Assembly: GCF_006345805.1 (NCBI RefSeq)
Contig: NC_042997.1
Coordinates: forward strand, 77,934,001-77,998,000
DNA: 64,000 bases
From: Octopus sinensis
Taxonomy: Eukaryota
Reading direction: 5' to 3'
In this document: piece after piece, positions 51,901 to 62,412 of the stretch
How positions within the stretch are numbered: the stretch's first letter is position 1
Layout of the letters: each line of letters opens with the position of its first letter
Notes under the pieces: model-generated
Seen by the model: only the letters and a program-made list of their open reading frames with translations
Databases searched by the model: none
What the model was told of the DNA's origin: nothing
Translations under genes and position numbers: made by a program

Positions 51901-54900
51901 TTTGTAATGCAGTGGTGGCTATTTTAGGGATGATATTTTGCCAGAAAAGATATTTGGTGGTAATGAGTTCTAATATTTGTAACTAGCAGAGATACCCAGC
52001 ATTGCTTGGGATTAAAATGGCAATGTTTGTATAAATATTACAGTTTTGTTGAAACAGGTGATACGGGGAAAATGAAGCATTGACAATAAAACATTTATGG
52101 AGTAAATGATGGGCTAATTTGACTAAGTGACATTTCATGTATCTGTTTGGAAGAATCCAGGCCTAACCTGTCATGGAAAATTGGGGTTGGGGGATACGTG
52201 ATTTTTGAATGCACCAAAAAGCTCTCAGATATACTCCCCTTTGCAGTGGTTGGCATTGCATCTAACACAACCCATCGTATGGTTGATAGTCAAATGAATG
52301 TAGGTGTTATGGAGATGTATGTAATTGGGTACATTCTACAAATGGGCAAGAATGAGAGACAGCAATGGGGAAGTGAATTGTTGAAATGGTGTGGCTGTAG
52401 AAGAAACCTAAACTGAGCCACACATACTCACATACACATTCATATACAAAATGTAACGACCCTCACATATAATAAGACCAACATACATAACTTTTCACCT
52501 CATTATTTTTTTCAGTTGTCACATATGTATAAGTGTGTATAGATATGTGTTTTAATCCAAATGAAAATTAAAATTATCACATATACATATAGAAAGAGAG
52601 AGACACATACATTCATACATGTCAATTGTCAGGTATATGTACATGTAGATTGTGTGTATTCAATAACGTAACACGGAAACACACACACTCATATACAAAA
52701 TGTGGTGGTGGTGGTGATATAAGTGGTGCTGGTGGTTTAAAATGTCTTTTACTATCTTGTACGTATATCGAACGTGCAAACACAGACACATACACATAGT
52801 TGACTATAGAAAGATTATCCCTATGAAATGTTATATTGTTTTAATTGAAATATAAAGAAAAAAAGTTACATGTTGACACTTGGGTGTAATTCTATACAGT
52901 AAAAGAGACACATACATTCATGTATGTCAGTTGTCACATGTATATGTATGTGTAGATGTGTATATATGTACCTAATAATAATGTACCTAACGTGGAAATA
53001 CACTCACAGTCACATACACACTCATATACAAAATATGATATTGACGTGTTATAAAATGTCCTGTAGTATAGTTGACTATAGAAAAATTATCTCTATAAAA
53101 TATTTTAATCAAAATGAAAAGAAAAAAATTACATGTTGACACTTATGGGGTGTAATACTATTTATTACCTTGTATGCATAGGGAACAGACAGATAGAGAG
53201 ACAAAGAATTGAAGAGACTCACATGGATATACATTCACGCATGTCAGTCATCACATATATAAATGTATGTGTAGATGCTATATTTCGATACTATATTTCT
53301 GACCAAAATACACCCCTCATGAGTTTCAATTCAATTCTAAAATAATCATGAATTTAGACTAGTTTCATTAAACAACTGTAACTTTTTTTACTTATCAACA
53401 TATTAATGTGATATTTGGAACATAATTGAAGAAAGGGTTCTTATTCAATTCTATTGCATAATTTTTGTCTCAAAGTGACTCTAATTACAGGTAAACTGAT
53501 CAAAATATAAAAATATAGTTTAAACATTACCATAGAAAATGAGTCATCAGCTAATATTTAATTGGGTATGCAACAAAATTTTGATACAGAAGAATTGTGC
53601 ACATCACTAGATTATCAGTTGAATTTAATGCACAGAAGAACAGGTGTACCATAAAGGTAAAATAAACTGAAATACTGGAATTTGTTTTTGAAGAAAACTA
53701 GAAGATTAAATACAACTGAATGAAATATACTCACACACATACATGAATACACAGGAACATATATAATAAAGATTTACTATAGAAATTAAATCAAAACTTG
53801 TCACTCACCTTGCCGGCAAATTAAAATTACAGGTAAATTAAAATAAAAAGTAAAACTAAGTAAATTTGAAAAATATTTATGCAATCTAATTATACATATG
53901 TACAAACAATATTCACAATATTTCTATCATGGAAAGTTGTAAAACATCCCACTCTACATATTGCAACTTTGCAGAATGCACATTGGAAAGACGTTTCAAC
54001 TGGCGATCCACTGGGAGTTTCTGTTTGTTGATGTAGACACTGCTTTTTGCGACCCCTGATTTTTTTCTGAACTCAGAGGTATATCTTTCTGGTAGGCTTT
54101 GCTCTTCCTTCCTGCATTTATTTTTTTTGAGGAATAACCTGCCCTCTACTGTGTTGCTACATCTGCTTGGAAATGCAGATGGTTGCACTGCTTGCGAACC
54201 CCTCCTGATTTAGTATGTGATATAAATGCATTTACAATGCTCATGTTTACTATATACCAAACCAGGTATCACCACCATTTATTACCTGGTCTACCAACCG
54301 GATAATAATTATCTGGTTCAGCTGATCCACACCGCCCATATGCCATTTTCATCTACATGGTTGTGCACTGATAGATAGAAAATTTATCTGCCTCTTTTCT
54401 CTGTATGTGGTCGCTAGCAGATTTCCTTTCTGCCATTAGATTATTTCGCCTCTTTTTAAAAAAAATTTTGCTTTTTTTATATCCAACGAAGCCCTTTTCT
54501 ACTAGCAATTAATATAGTACACATGTAGATGTAGTATGAGGTGCCTTGGCTGCATTTTGTTGATACTTGAGTGTGGAAGATTGGTGAAGAATGAACAGTT
54601 GTATTATTTGTGTAAAAGAGTGGAGTTTATTGGTGATGATAGCAAGCTTGTAATTGATGTCTATGAGGAAGAAGGTGAAGGAGAAAATGAATCTTAGTGG
54701 TAAAGCTTAATTGATAGGTCGTTCAGAGAAGGGCATCCTTCAGCACAATCTGTGGTGATGTGAGAGATGAGTAAAACCCAAGCCAAATTCATACATGTAA
54801 CTTCTGTAATTTACTGATCATGATTTCAATTATGAACATTAAACTTCAGTTTTGTTAAATTGAAGTAGAAGAGTAGATTTTAAATTTTTGATCTAAATTG

Positions 54901-55841
54901 TTTGTCTTTTCTTTAGGCTGAAATATGGAATGTAGACATGGTATGCCAAAAATATGGCACAGATAGTGTAATGTCTAATGAAGTAACTTGTGGTGTGCTG
55001 CGAATTAACAGTCATACAAAGCCTATTGCTGATGCAGCATTTTCACCTGATGGATCAGCACTTGCTACAGCCAGTATGGATGGCATGGTTAAATTTTTCC
55101 AGATCACCATGAATGAAGGTCCATCTCCCAGGTAAGAATTATTAATGTTTTCTTTTTATCTAGGATAATTTTCTATTTATGAAGAGGTAAAAAGTATTAA
55201 GTTATTGTTTGTAACTTGTATAATTCAGATCTGCTGAATAGAGCAGTTACATTGACTCAGTTAATATATTGTTAGAAAGCTGTAATAAATTTTTCTTTAG
55301 TGACCTGTTTAGTGGATGTTTGCTTAATGCTGGAAAATTGGGTCTGGCATTGATTTTGTAGATTATTCTAATTTCTTGAAACAATTAGCTATTCAATACT
55401 CTTCAATAAATGTTTAGTATATGCTATTAAACATCTTCAACAACATTTATCATCAGATGTCTCAAAAAAATATTAATTTTTTATACACTCAGAATATAAC
55501 ATACTCTTAGTTCAGATATATTATTGCTATACCAAGTTTTCTTTGAATGCTATTTAAATATGTTCACTTTTTTTTAAAAATTCAATTTAATTTTGTATTA
55601 TAATTATTTGTTCATAAAATTTGAGAAATATTTTTAGTACTCATTGTAGGTGTCTCTTACTAACAAACTTAGGTTTAGTGACTCAGTTGAATATGCTAAA
55701 TGTTGGTGTTATAAAGTTATGTTTTAAACATGAAACTAGTAATTCCTGTAATTTCAGAAGACTCCATGAGTGGTCACCTCATGGAGGACAGCCCCTTTCT
55801 TGTCTTTTCTTCCTTGATGATCACCAGAACCCTCATCCTGA
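36380..55841 (+). CDS. EDC4: Enhancer of mRNA-decapping protein 4 (Ge-1), N-terminus and WD40 domain; join(36380-36845, 40548-40593, 45218-45277, 45610-45721, 46615-46720, 50212-50398, 51151-51304, 54917-55131, 55758-55841); continues beyond the right edge
   Basis: The phase-consistent spliced frame contains KEVEV...GSNKVK...YLGNLVAV, RTLLKDF.GRVTDLAFA, EMGNLY, FHRVFWCPYIPDESED, FSPDGSALATASMDGMVKFFQI and RLHEWSPHGGQPLSCLFF. These are motifs I recognise from the EDC4 WD40 region. Confidence 0.93.
38130..38669. mobile_element. Penelope-type terminus with a perfect 175-bp inverted repeat
   Basis: Arms 38225-38399 and 38495-38669; flanked by (TA)n. Confidence 0.75.
38428..38479 (+). ncRNA. Type I hammerhead ribozyme-like motif
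   Basis: UGAG CUGAUGA [U-AGA...GUC-GAGUU-GAC...UCU-U] GAAAC GUAC GUU CUCA; helix II imperfect. Confidence 0.6.
39460..39575 (+). ncRNA. Hammerhead ribozyme-like motif with C4 core variant and 86-nt helix II
   Basis: CU CCGAAGA GGCC...GGCC GAAAC AGCU GUC AG; helix I weak. Confidence 0.55.
39975..40140 (-). mobile_element. tRNA-derived SINE
   Basis: A box TGGCTGTGTGG, B box GGTTCAGTCCC; ends in a (TA)n tract. Confidence 0.8.
40548..40593 (+). CDS. EDC4: EDC4 small exon (46 nt)
   Basis: ttttcag| acceptor, |GTATGT donor; bridges phase 1 to phase 2 as required. Confidence 0.65.
42880..43140 (-). mobile_element. RTE LINE fragment (Cys-rich insert region)
   Basis: KLWLHMRHS...FICSRC, LEVVSLCYFDTLISKGSGCSES. 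Confidence 0.55.
43249..43600 (-). mobile_element. SINE-like repeat, same family as 1485-1875
   Basis: catcatcatgtttaacgtcagttttccatgctggcatggg plus ~65-bp units. Confidence 0.8.
43640..44960 (-). mobile_element. Decayed LINE RT region
   Basis: LSADDL near 43985, preceded by a degenerate QGS-like motif. Confidence 0.55.
45218..45277 (+). CDS. EDC4: EDC4 small exon (60 nt)
   Basis: tatttag| acceptor, |GTAAGT donor; HLAQPAAIFGYRSSNNTQR, phase 2 to 2. Confidence 0.7.
45610..45721 (+). CDS. EDC4: EDC4 exon (112 nt)
   Basis: ILEGNDRANTFSVKSKEVEVITSRLSSNPENQAGSNK; AG/GT bounded. Confidence 0.9.
46615..46720 (+). CDS. EDC4: EDC4 exon (106 nt)
   Basis: VKTTTVVKFEWEARKYLGNLVAVHRNGVFVAYCLR; AG/GT bounded. 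Confidence 0.92.
47456..49128 (-). mobile_element. pogo/Tigger-like DNA transposon, deleted
   Basis: TIR cagtgctccctctttataa / ttataaagaaagagcactg with TA flanks; LDNCSAHP...YLPMNTTSKIQSCDAGII. Confidence 0.85.
49550..49800 (-). mobile_element. RTE LINE RT N-terminal fragment
   Basis: IVAEMLK...SNYKSIKLMDQIMKAIERV. Confidence 0.7.
50212..50398 (+). CDS. EDC4: EDC4 exon (187 nt), followed by U12-type donor
   Basis: KSGANVRILNRKTADRTLLKDFCGRVTDLAFAF...EGKI; donor |GTATCCTTT. Confidence 0.92.
50399..51150 (+). other. U12-type (minor spliceosome) GT-AG intron of EDC4
   Basis: 5' site GTATCCTTT; branch-like TTCCCTTAAAC at 51131-51141, about 10 nt before the AG; no polypyrimidine tract between branch site and AG. 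Confidence 0.8.
51151..51304 (+). CDS. EDC4: EDC4 exon (154 nt)
   Basis: SKLLLNIV...FHRVFWCPYIPDESEDD...THGEK. Confidence 0.92.
51430..52380 (-). mobile_element. Decayed LINE 3' fragment
   Basis: Purine-rich plus strand; degenerate NSLP-like 3' motif; no ORF. Confidence 0.35.
54917..55131 (+). CDS. EDC4: EDC4 exon (215 nt)
   Basis: AEIWNVDMV...FSPDGSALATASMDGMVKFFQI. Confidence 0.93.
55758..55841 (+). CDS. EDC4: EDC4 exon (84 nt)
   Basis: RLHEWSPHGGQPLSCLFFLDDHQNPHP; donor |GTGAGT. Confidence 0.92.
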
Positions 55842-56665
55842 GTGAGTATACAATCTTTCTATTTCTTTAGATTCTTGTAATTATTGTTAGCAATAAAGAC
55901 TGATCAGCATTTGCACTATAAACCCTAAAGCTTATTTTCCTTTATTCTGTCAGGCTTTTAGAATTATAAGTTGTATATTCTCCATGTTCCTGGAAGAACA
56001 CCTCTCATGGATAAAAACTGTCCTGTGGTTCACTTTTATTATATTCCTATAAAGCTCTAATAAATACTGATTAATGCTATTTAAGCAGCTGTAATATAAT
56101 TTACTTTGCTTGAGATATATAATTTTTTATGCAGTACCAATTAAGATGTACACAACAAATAAATAGTAAAGTGAAGCAAAAATAGAACAGGATAGAACAA
56201 AGAGATATCGAAACTTCTGAAAAAATTAATCATATTGTAATATACATAAGTTTATGTATTGCTTATCCTATTTTGAACAATTTTGAAATGTTTTCCGACT
56301 ATTACAATTTTACCCTTACAGCTAGGAACTCTAAAGGAAAATGTATATTTAGAAGATGTATTTATGTTTGCTGGCCCTGAAACTTCAATGATTTTGTGTG
56401 TGTGTGTACATACACAAACACTCCCAATTTACAAAAGAGCTACAAATAGTTTCATACTTTAGAGATACAATACTTTGGCTGATTTATATAGCATGCCATG
56501 TATCTTTAAAGCATGAAACTATTAATATCTCATTTGTAACTTGTGTATATTAAATATTTATCTATCACTGGATGGAGTACTTTTCTTCATCCATCATACC
56601 CATAACAGAACTGTAAACTAATACATATATACATACATATAATTGTATATATATAATTATATATA

Positions 56666-56700
<35 letters not shown>

Positions 56701-56753
56701 GTATATACAGAAATATGGATATATATAATTGTATATATATAATTATGTATATA

Positions 56754-58069
56754 TATCTGTAAAATAATATGTGACAATTATTCAATAGCCAAGATCTGAG
56801 TTTCGGATGCCGAGGTGGAAATCCACAACACTATCTCTTCGGTTATCTGGCCATCTGAAAAACGCTATGAAAAAAGACCATTATACAAAGGGAAATTACT
56901 GTGTTATAATTCCGCTACTTATATAAAAGCACTAATCCAATGACTGCTAATTATATATACATAAAAAGGTATGTATATAATTATATATACATATAATTGT
57001 ATACATATAATTGTATATGCGACATGGAAAGATGGCTTATCTGGAAAAGCAGCTTAGACCCTACTACATGTCTAAACTCAAGGACAGAACTTTTCAGATC
57101 ATGCCCACATGTGACAAAATTTTTGTTAATTTTTGGTCCCCCCAAGAATACAGATAGAACTTGCTTTCTATATTATGTCCCAAAAAGTTTTTTTTATCTC
57201 ATTATACCTTTTATTTTTTTCATATATTTATATATTTTTACACATAATAATTTTTTCTGTACTCTTCCATCCTGCATTTTTTCCTGTGCTTATATAGACG
57301 TGTATATAGATTCATTTGTACACGTGTATGAATATGTATGAGTGGGCAGGTATGTATGTATGTATATAGATGTGTGCGGGCATAAGAATACATATATATA
57401 TATATATATATATAGACGCTTTTACTCAGTATTTTTACAATTTTTTCGGTTTGGGCGTATGTATAATCCTTTTTTTTGTGTATGCGTATATAAACATGTA
57501 CGGGTATGTACATATATGGGCGTGTGTGTGTGTGCGTGCATAAGGGCATGTCCGTATATGAACGTGGTTTTTACGCTTTGTATACTTCCTTGTTTTTTTT
57601 CTGTTTTGTTGCTTTTTTTCTGTATTGTTACCTTTAACCATGTTTTTTCTTGTGCTTGTGCGTATATAGACGTATGTATGAACTTTTACAGCGTGCGTGT
57701 GTGTGTATGAGTTTGTATATATATGCGTATACATTTGGCAAAAAATGTGAGTGAAGATGTGTATGTTTTCATAGTGACGTACACGTACGCATGTGGGTGG
57801 GCGAGCGCGCATGTGTACGTATGATTATGCTTACGTGTTTACTATGAACTTTTAACCGTATTTTAATTAGCGGTCATTGGATTAGTGCTTTTATATAAGT
57901 AGCGGAATTATAACACAGTAATTTCCCTTTGTATAACGGTCTTTTTTCATAGCGTTTTTCAGATGGCCAGATAACCGAAGAGATGATGTTGTGGATTTCC
58001 ACCTCGGCATCCGAAACTCAGAGTTTTATCTTGGCTATTGAATAATTATCACATATTATTTTACAGATA
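56754..58069 (+). mobile_element. Penelope-type element remnant with ~200-bp inverted termini
   Basis: Arms 56754-56953 and 57864-58069, each carrying a hammerhead-like motif. Confidence 0.7.
57969..58031 (+). ncRNA. Type I hammerhead ribozyme-like motif, C4 core variant
   Basis: AGAUAA CCGAAGA GAUG...CAUC-C GAAAC UCAGA GUU UUAUCU; 6-bp helix I. Confidence 0.6.
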
Positions 58070-58197
58070 AATTTCCTCTATTTACATAATATTGAGGTAT
58101 CTTTCTTTCTTTTGTTATCTTACTGTTTTTACCAATAATTATGTATATATATATAATTATATACATCAAAATAAGCAACAAGAATGACTCCGGTGAT

Positions 58198-58279
58198 TTG
58201 GTACGATCGTTTCGTACTACATCATTTTATTAAATGTTGTATTACAACAGTTTTAAAATGCTGAGCACTCATCAGTCAA
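58198..58279 (-). ncRNA. Type I hammerhead ribozyme (inverted copy)
   Basis: UUGA CUGAUGA GUGC...GUAC GAAAC GAUC GUA CCAA; mismatch at the first helix I pair. Confidence 0.65.
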
Positions 58280-59796
58280 TTATAGAGGTTTTCCATTAAT
58301 ACAAACATTTTCATATCAAGTGGCAACATTATAGAGAAGGTAGATACACAGACAAAGATGTGGATTTAAATTTTAAGAATATTTGGGGTAGTGGAGCCCA
58401 TCAACTGACTGACTGAGATTCAGTTGTTCCAGACTACTGTAAGGTTCTGAGAGGGAAGAACAAATTTATGTCTATACTGGAAAAAAAATTTTCCAGCCTC
58501 CCATAAATATCATAAAATAATTTCTAAAAAATCAGTGAGAATTTCATATTCCACTCTCCCAAATATGGCTACCATAGTAGCTAGACTTAATAGTAAAAAC
58601 ATTAAGCTAGCCAGGAGTGGAATGAATAGTAACAACAATGATAGTAATAATAATTGTAAAAATAGCAATAATAATAATAATAATAATAATGATAATAACA
58701 TTGATGTAAATAGTGATAATAGCAATATCAATAATAGAGGTGGTATAGATAAAAGTATGGTAGGTGATAATAATGAAGATGAATTAATAATTAGTAACCC
58801 TAGTTTGCATAACAACGTAATTACTAATAGTGAAAATAATACTAATACTAACAATAATTTAAATAACAGTAATGGAAGTGAACTGTCCTTAAATAATTCC
58901 AGTACCGGACACTATCCCCCCAGTTGTAATTGTAGGATTAGATCAAAATGTCCGTTATCTGGCCTTTGTTCTGTCCAAAACGTGATTTATAAATGCACGA
59001 TAATAACTTCAAACAATAGCTTTCTTTATTTTGGTTCTTCGGTAGATTTTAAAAAACGTCTAAACAATCATTTTTCCTCTTTTAGGCTCAAACATAAGGC
59101 AGGTTGCACAACATTATCTAGTAAAATTTGGGAACTAAAATACAAATAATATAGAATTCAGCCTAAAGTGGGATATAGTTAGAAGAGCGCAACCTTATAG
59201 AAATAATAGGGATGGTTGTCAACTTTGTTCTATGGAAACTTATGAAATTTTGAAATATCAGGGTAATACAAATCTGTTGAATAACCGTTTGGAGCTGGGA
59301 GTATCTGGTATACATCGTACGACCCGAACGTTTAAATACTTTAAATAATAATTTTGTGAATATTCCTATATTTTTCAAATTTTAATTCTTTATAACCAAA
59401 TAAAAAGGAATATACCATACTAGCTTTCAAATTAACATTTATAGATGACTAAAATAACTTCACTGCAAACTTAAAATTGAATTCTTCTTTTTTTCTAAAA
59501 TTAAACTGTATGAATCAAAATAGTTGGAATCCTAAATAGTATGAATCCCAAATAGTAGGAATACTAAATAGTATGAATCCTATGTCCCTAAAGAAACTAT
59601 TCAGTTCACCTTGATTATCTCACTTCTATTTCTTAATATATAATTAGTCTAAGATATCTTTATAAAATATAGGAACCAAATAGGAACGAATATACCATAC
59701 TGGTTTTAGTTTAACACCCATAAATGATTAAAAAACTTCATTGCAAACTAAAATTAAATTCTTTTTTATAATGTTCTCCAATACTAAGTAGTACTG

Positions 59797-59988
59797 TGCA
59801 GGTGGCACGTAAAAAGCACCCACTACACTCACGGAGTGGTTGGCGTTAGGAAGGGCATCCAGCTGTAGAAACATTGCCAGATTAGACTGGAGCCTGGTGC
59901 AGCCTTCTGGCTTCCCAGAACCCCGGTCGAACCGTCCAACCCATGCTAGCATGGAGAACGGACGTTAAACGATGATGATGATGATGAT
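59797..59988 (+). mobile_element. SINE-like repeat (5'-truncated) inside the Penelope element
   Basis: ...ccatgctagcatggagaacggacgttaaac(gat)n. Confidence 0.85.
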
Positions 59989-60863
59989 TAATCCTATGTC
60001 CCTAGGGGAAACTATTTGGTTCATCTTGATTATCTCATTCCAAATTCTTAACATATAATTAACCTAAGATATTTTTACCTAACTAATTAACTTTTATCCG
60101 CAGGTAGTAAATTTTATTTCCAATAGATCCTATATTTTAAGTCATTAATATCAACTCACTATCCATGAAATTTGAATAATTTACTCTTCTAAGGTACCTC
60201 TCTTCATATTATAAAATATCGCCTTCTACTATACCTTTGAATATCTTCCTTCTTTGATTTTCCCTCTTTCATCTTTCTTAGTATATATTTTGACCCCTAA
60301 TATGTTCACTTGATTAATAAGGCTTTTTCCCCCCAGTTAATAAGTACTATGCCTACTCATAATAAGTGATAGTCTCTTTCTCCAAATTTGAATAAATTTT
60401 AGATTTATATTTTTTCCATTCTTCTAACATGTCAGAGTACTTGGAACTTATAGACCAACTGTTGTGATGATGTGCATAGGGTTTGTAAGGTCTCTGTGAA
60501 TGTTATTGTGACCATTTGACATTGACCTAGTTCTCCTAATGCCGAATCTGTTCATCAAATAGTAGTAATTGGCATTTAGTCGTGACAATGCTGTCTTCCA
60601 CATAAATTCCTTATATGGAGCTATGACATCTCCTTTACCCCATTTCTATAATTAGAAAATCTTTATTGTCTCCTTTCATTTGTTCTTTCCTCTCAAAACC
60701 TTACAGTAGTCTGGAACAACTGAATCTTAGTCAGTCAGTTGATGGGCTCCACTACCTCAAATGTTCTTAAAATTTAAATCCACATCTTTGTCTATGTATC
60801 TACCTTCTCTATAATGTTGCCACTTGATATGAAAATTTTTGTATTAATGGAAAACCTCTATAA

Positions 60864-60949
60864 TTGGCTGATGAGTGCTCAGCATTTTAAAACTGTTGTA
60901 ATACTTAGAACATTTAATAAAATGATGTAGTACGAAACGATCGTACTAA
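60864..60949 (+). ncRNA. Type I hammerhead ribozyme, canonical core
   Basis: UUGG CUGAUGA GUGC...GUAC GAAAC GAUC GUA|CUAA. Confidence 0.8.
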
Positions 60950-61137
60950 ATCACCGGAGTCATTCTTGTTGCTTATTTTGATTATAATCACCCCACGGAT
61001 TTTTATGGATGACACCATACAGAATTCTGGTGCATCTAAATTAAGTACCATATTCATTTGAATCTAAATTTTTGCTGAACTTATATAATTATATATATGT
61101 ATATATATAATTATACACACACACACACACACACACA

Positions 61138-62412
61138 TCAGGTCATCCCATAAGTTGTGCCCGATTTTGCCTTTTTTAAAATTGAACGAAATTTGAATAG
61201 TATTTTAGAATGTCTAATAGAATTAAAAATTATTTTTATGCATTTGTGTACATTTAAACTAATTAAATATTATTTTACAGAATAATAGAATTAAAATTTC
61301 TTTGATTAAAACCCTTTCTTACATGGAAGTATCCAAAGAACATTTGAGGCACATAATGCTTTATGATTATAAAAAAAAGGAAAATCTGCTGCTGAAGCCA
61401 CTTGAAACGTAGTCAGTTTATGGGAAAGAATGCTTGAATGAAAGAACTTGCAGAAGATGGTTTTCAAAATTCAGAAGTGGAGATTTCAGCCTTGAAGATG
61501 AAGATCAAACAGGATGTCTAGTTGAGTTTCATGATAAGCTCCCTGAAGTGTTACTTGATGAAAATCCTGCATTATCAGTTGAAGAATTGGCAATAAAGCT
61601 TAGTTCAAACCATAAAACTGTTCATCGTCATCTTCAACAACTTAGAAAGGTTCCTAAACTTGGAAAATTGGTGCCTCATGAATTGTCCGAAAGCAACTGC
61701 AAATCCCGAGTTGACATCTGCTCTTCTCTCCATTCTCGCAAACTCATTTCACCCTTTTTGGATAGACTTGTGACGAAAAATGGATCTTCTGTCGAAATGT
61801 TAAACGTCATAAACTGTCGCTTGGTAAAAGGGAAAAAGCTCAACCACAACCGAGAAGGGAACTTCATGGGAAAATGGTTCATCTCTCTATCTGGTGGGAT
61901 TGCAAAAGAGTAATTCACTTTGAATTGTTACCACCTAATGCAACAATCAATGCTCAAGTCTACTGTCAGCAATTAGTGTTTGAACCAAGCTTTGAAGAAA
62001 AAAAAGACCCGATTTAGTGAATCGAAAAGGATTGATGTTTCATCAGGACAATGCACGATCCCACACTGCAAAGATCACATCAGAGAAGATCAAAGAGCTT
62101 GGCTGGGAAAAAATTCCTCATCCACCTTATTCTCCCGACCTTGCTCCTTCAGACTACCATTTGTTTCGTAGTTTACAGAATCATTTGGGGGACATAACTT
62201 TTGCAAGCCAGGAAGAGGTCGAAATTGACATTTCAGAGTTCTTCGCTTTGAAGCCAAAAGAGTTTTACATTGATGGGATTAAAAAGCTTGTAAATACATG
62301 GAAGGAAGTCATAGATAATCAGGGAAAGTACATTGACGATTCAATTAAATATAACATTTGACCACTTGTTTTCTTTATTCAAAATTTGGACAGAACTAAT
62401 GGGATGACCTGA
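61138..62412 (+). mobile_element. Mariner (Mos1-like), full-length, pseudogenised
   Basis: TIR tcaggtcatccca / tgggatgacctga; RRWFSKFRSGDFSLED, LVPHELSE, HQDNARSH, PYSPDLAPSDYHLF; frameshifts. Confidence 0.92.

Larger units (their letters stand above)
58165..60982 (+). mobile_element. 5'-truncated Penelope-like element with inverted pseudo-LTR
   Basis: Arms 58165-58465 and 60678-60982; ORF ISYSTLPNM...CNCRIRSKCPLSGLC...VIYKC...YFGSS..FKKRLNNH; frameshifted C-terminus WDIVRRAQPY..CQLC. Confidence 0.88.

Noticed and set aside
53780-54500. Possible further Penelope GIY-YIG fragment
   Set aside because: Only a weak HIGKT-like peptide; too decayed to support.
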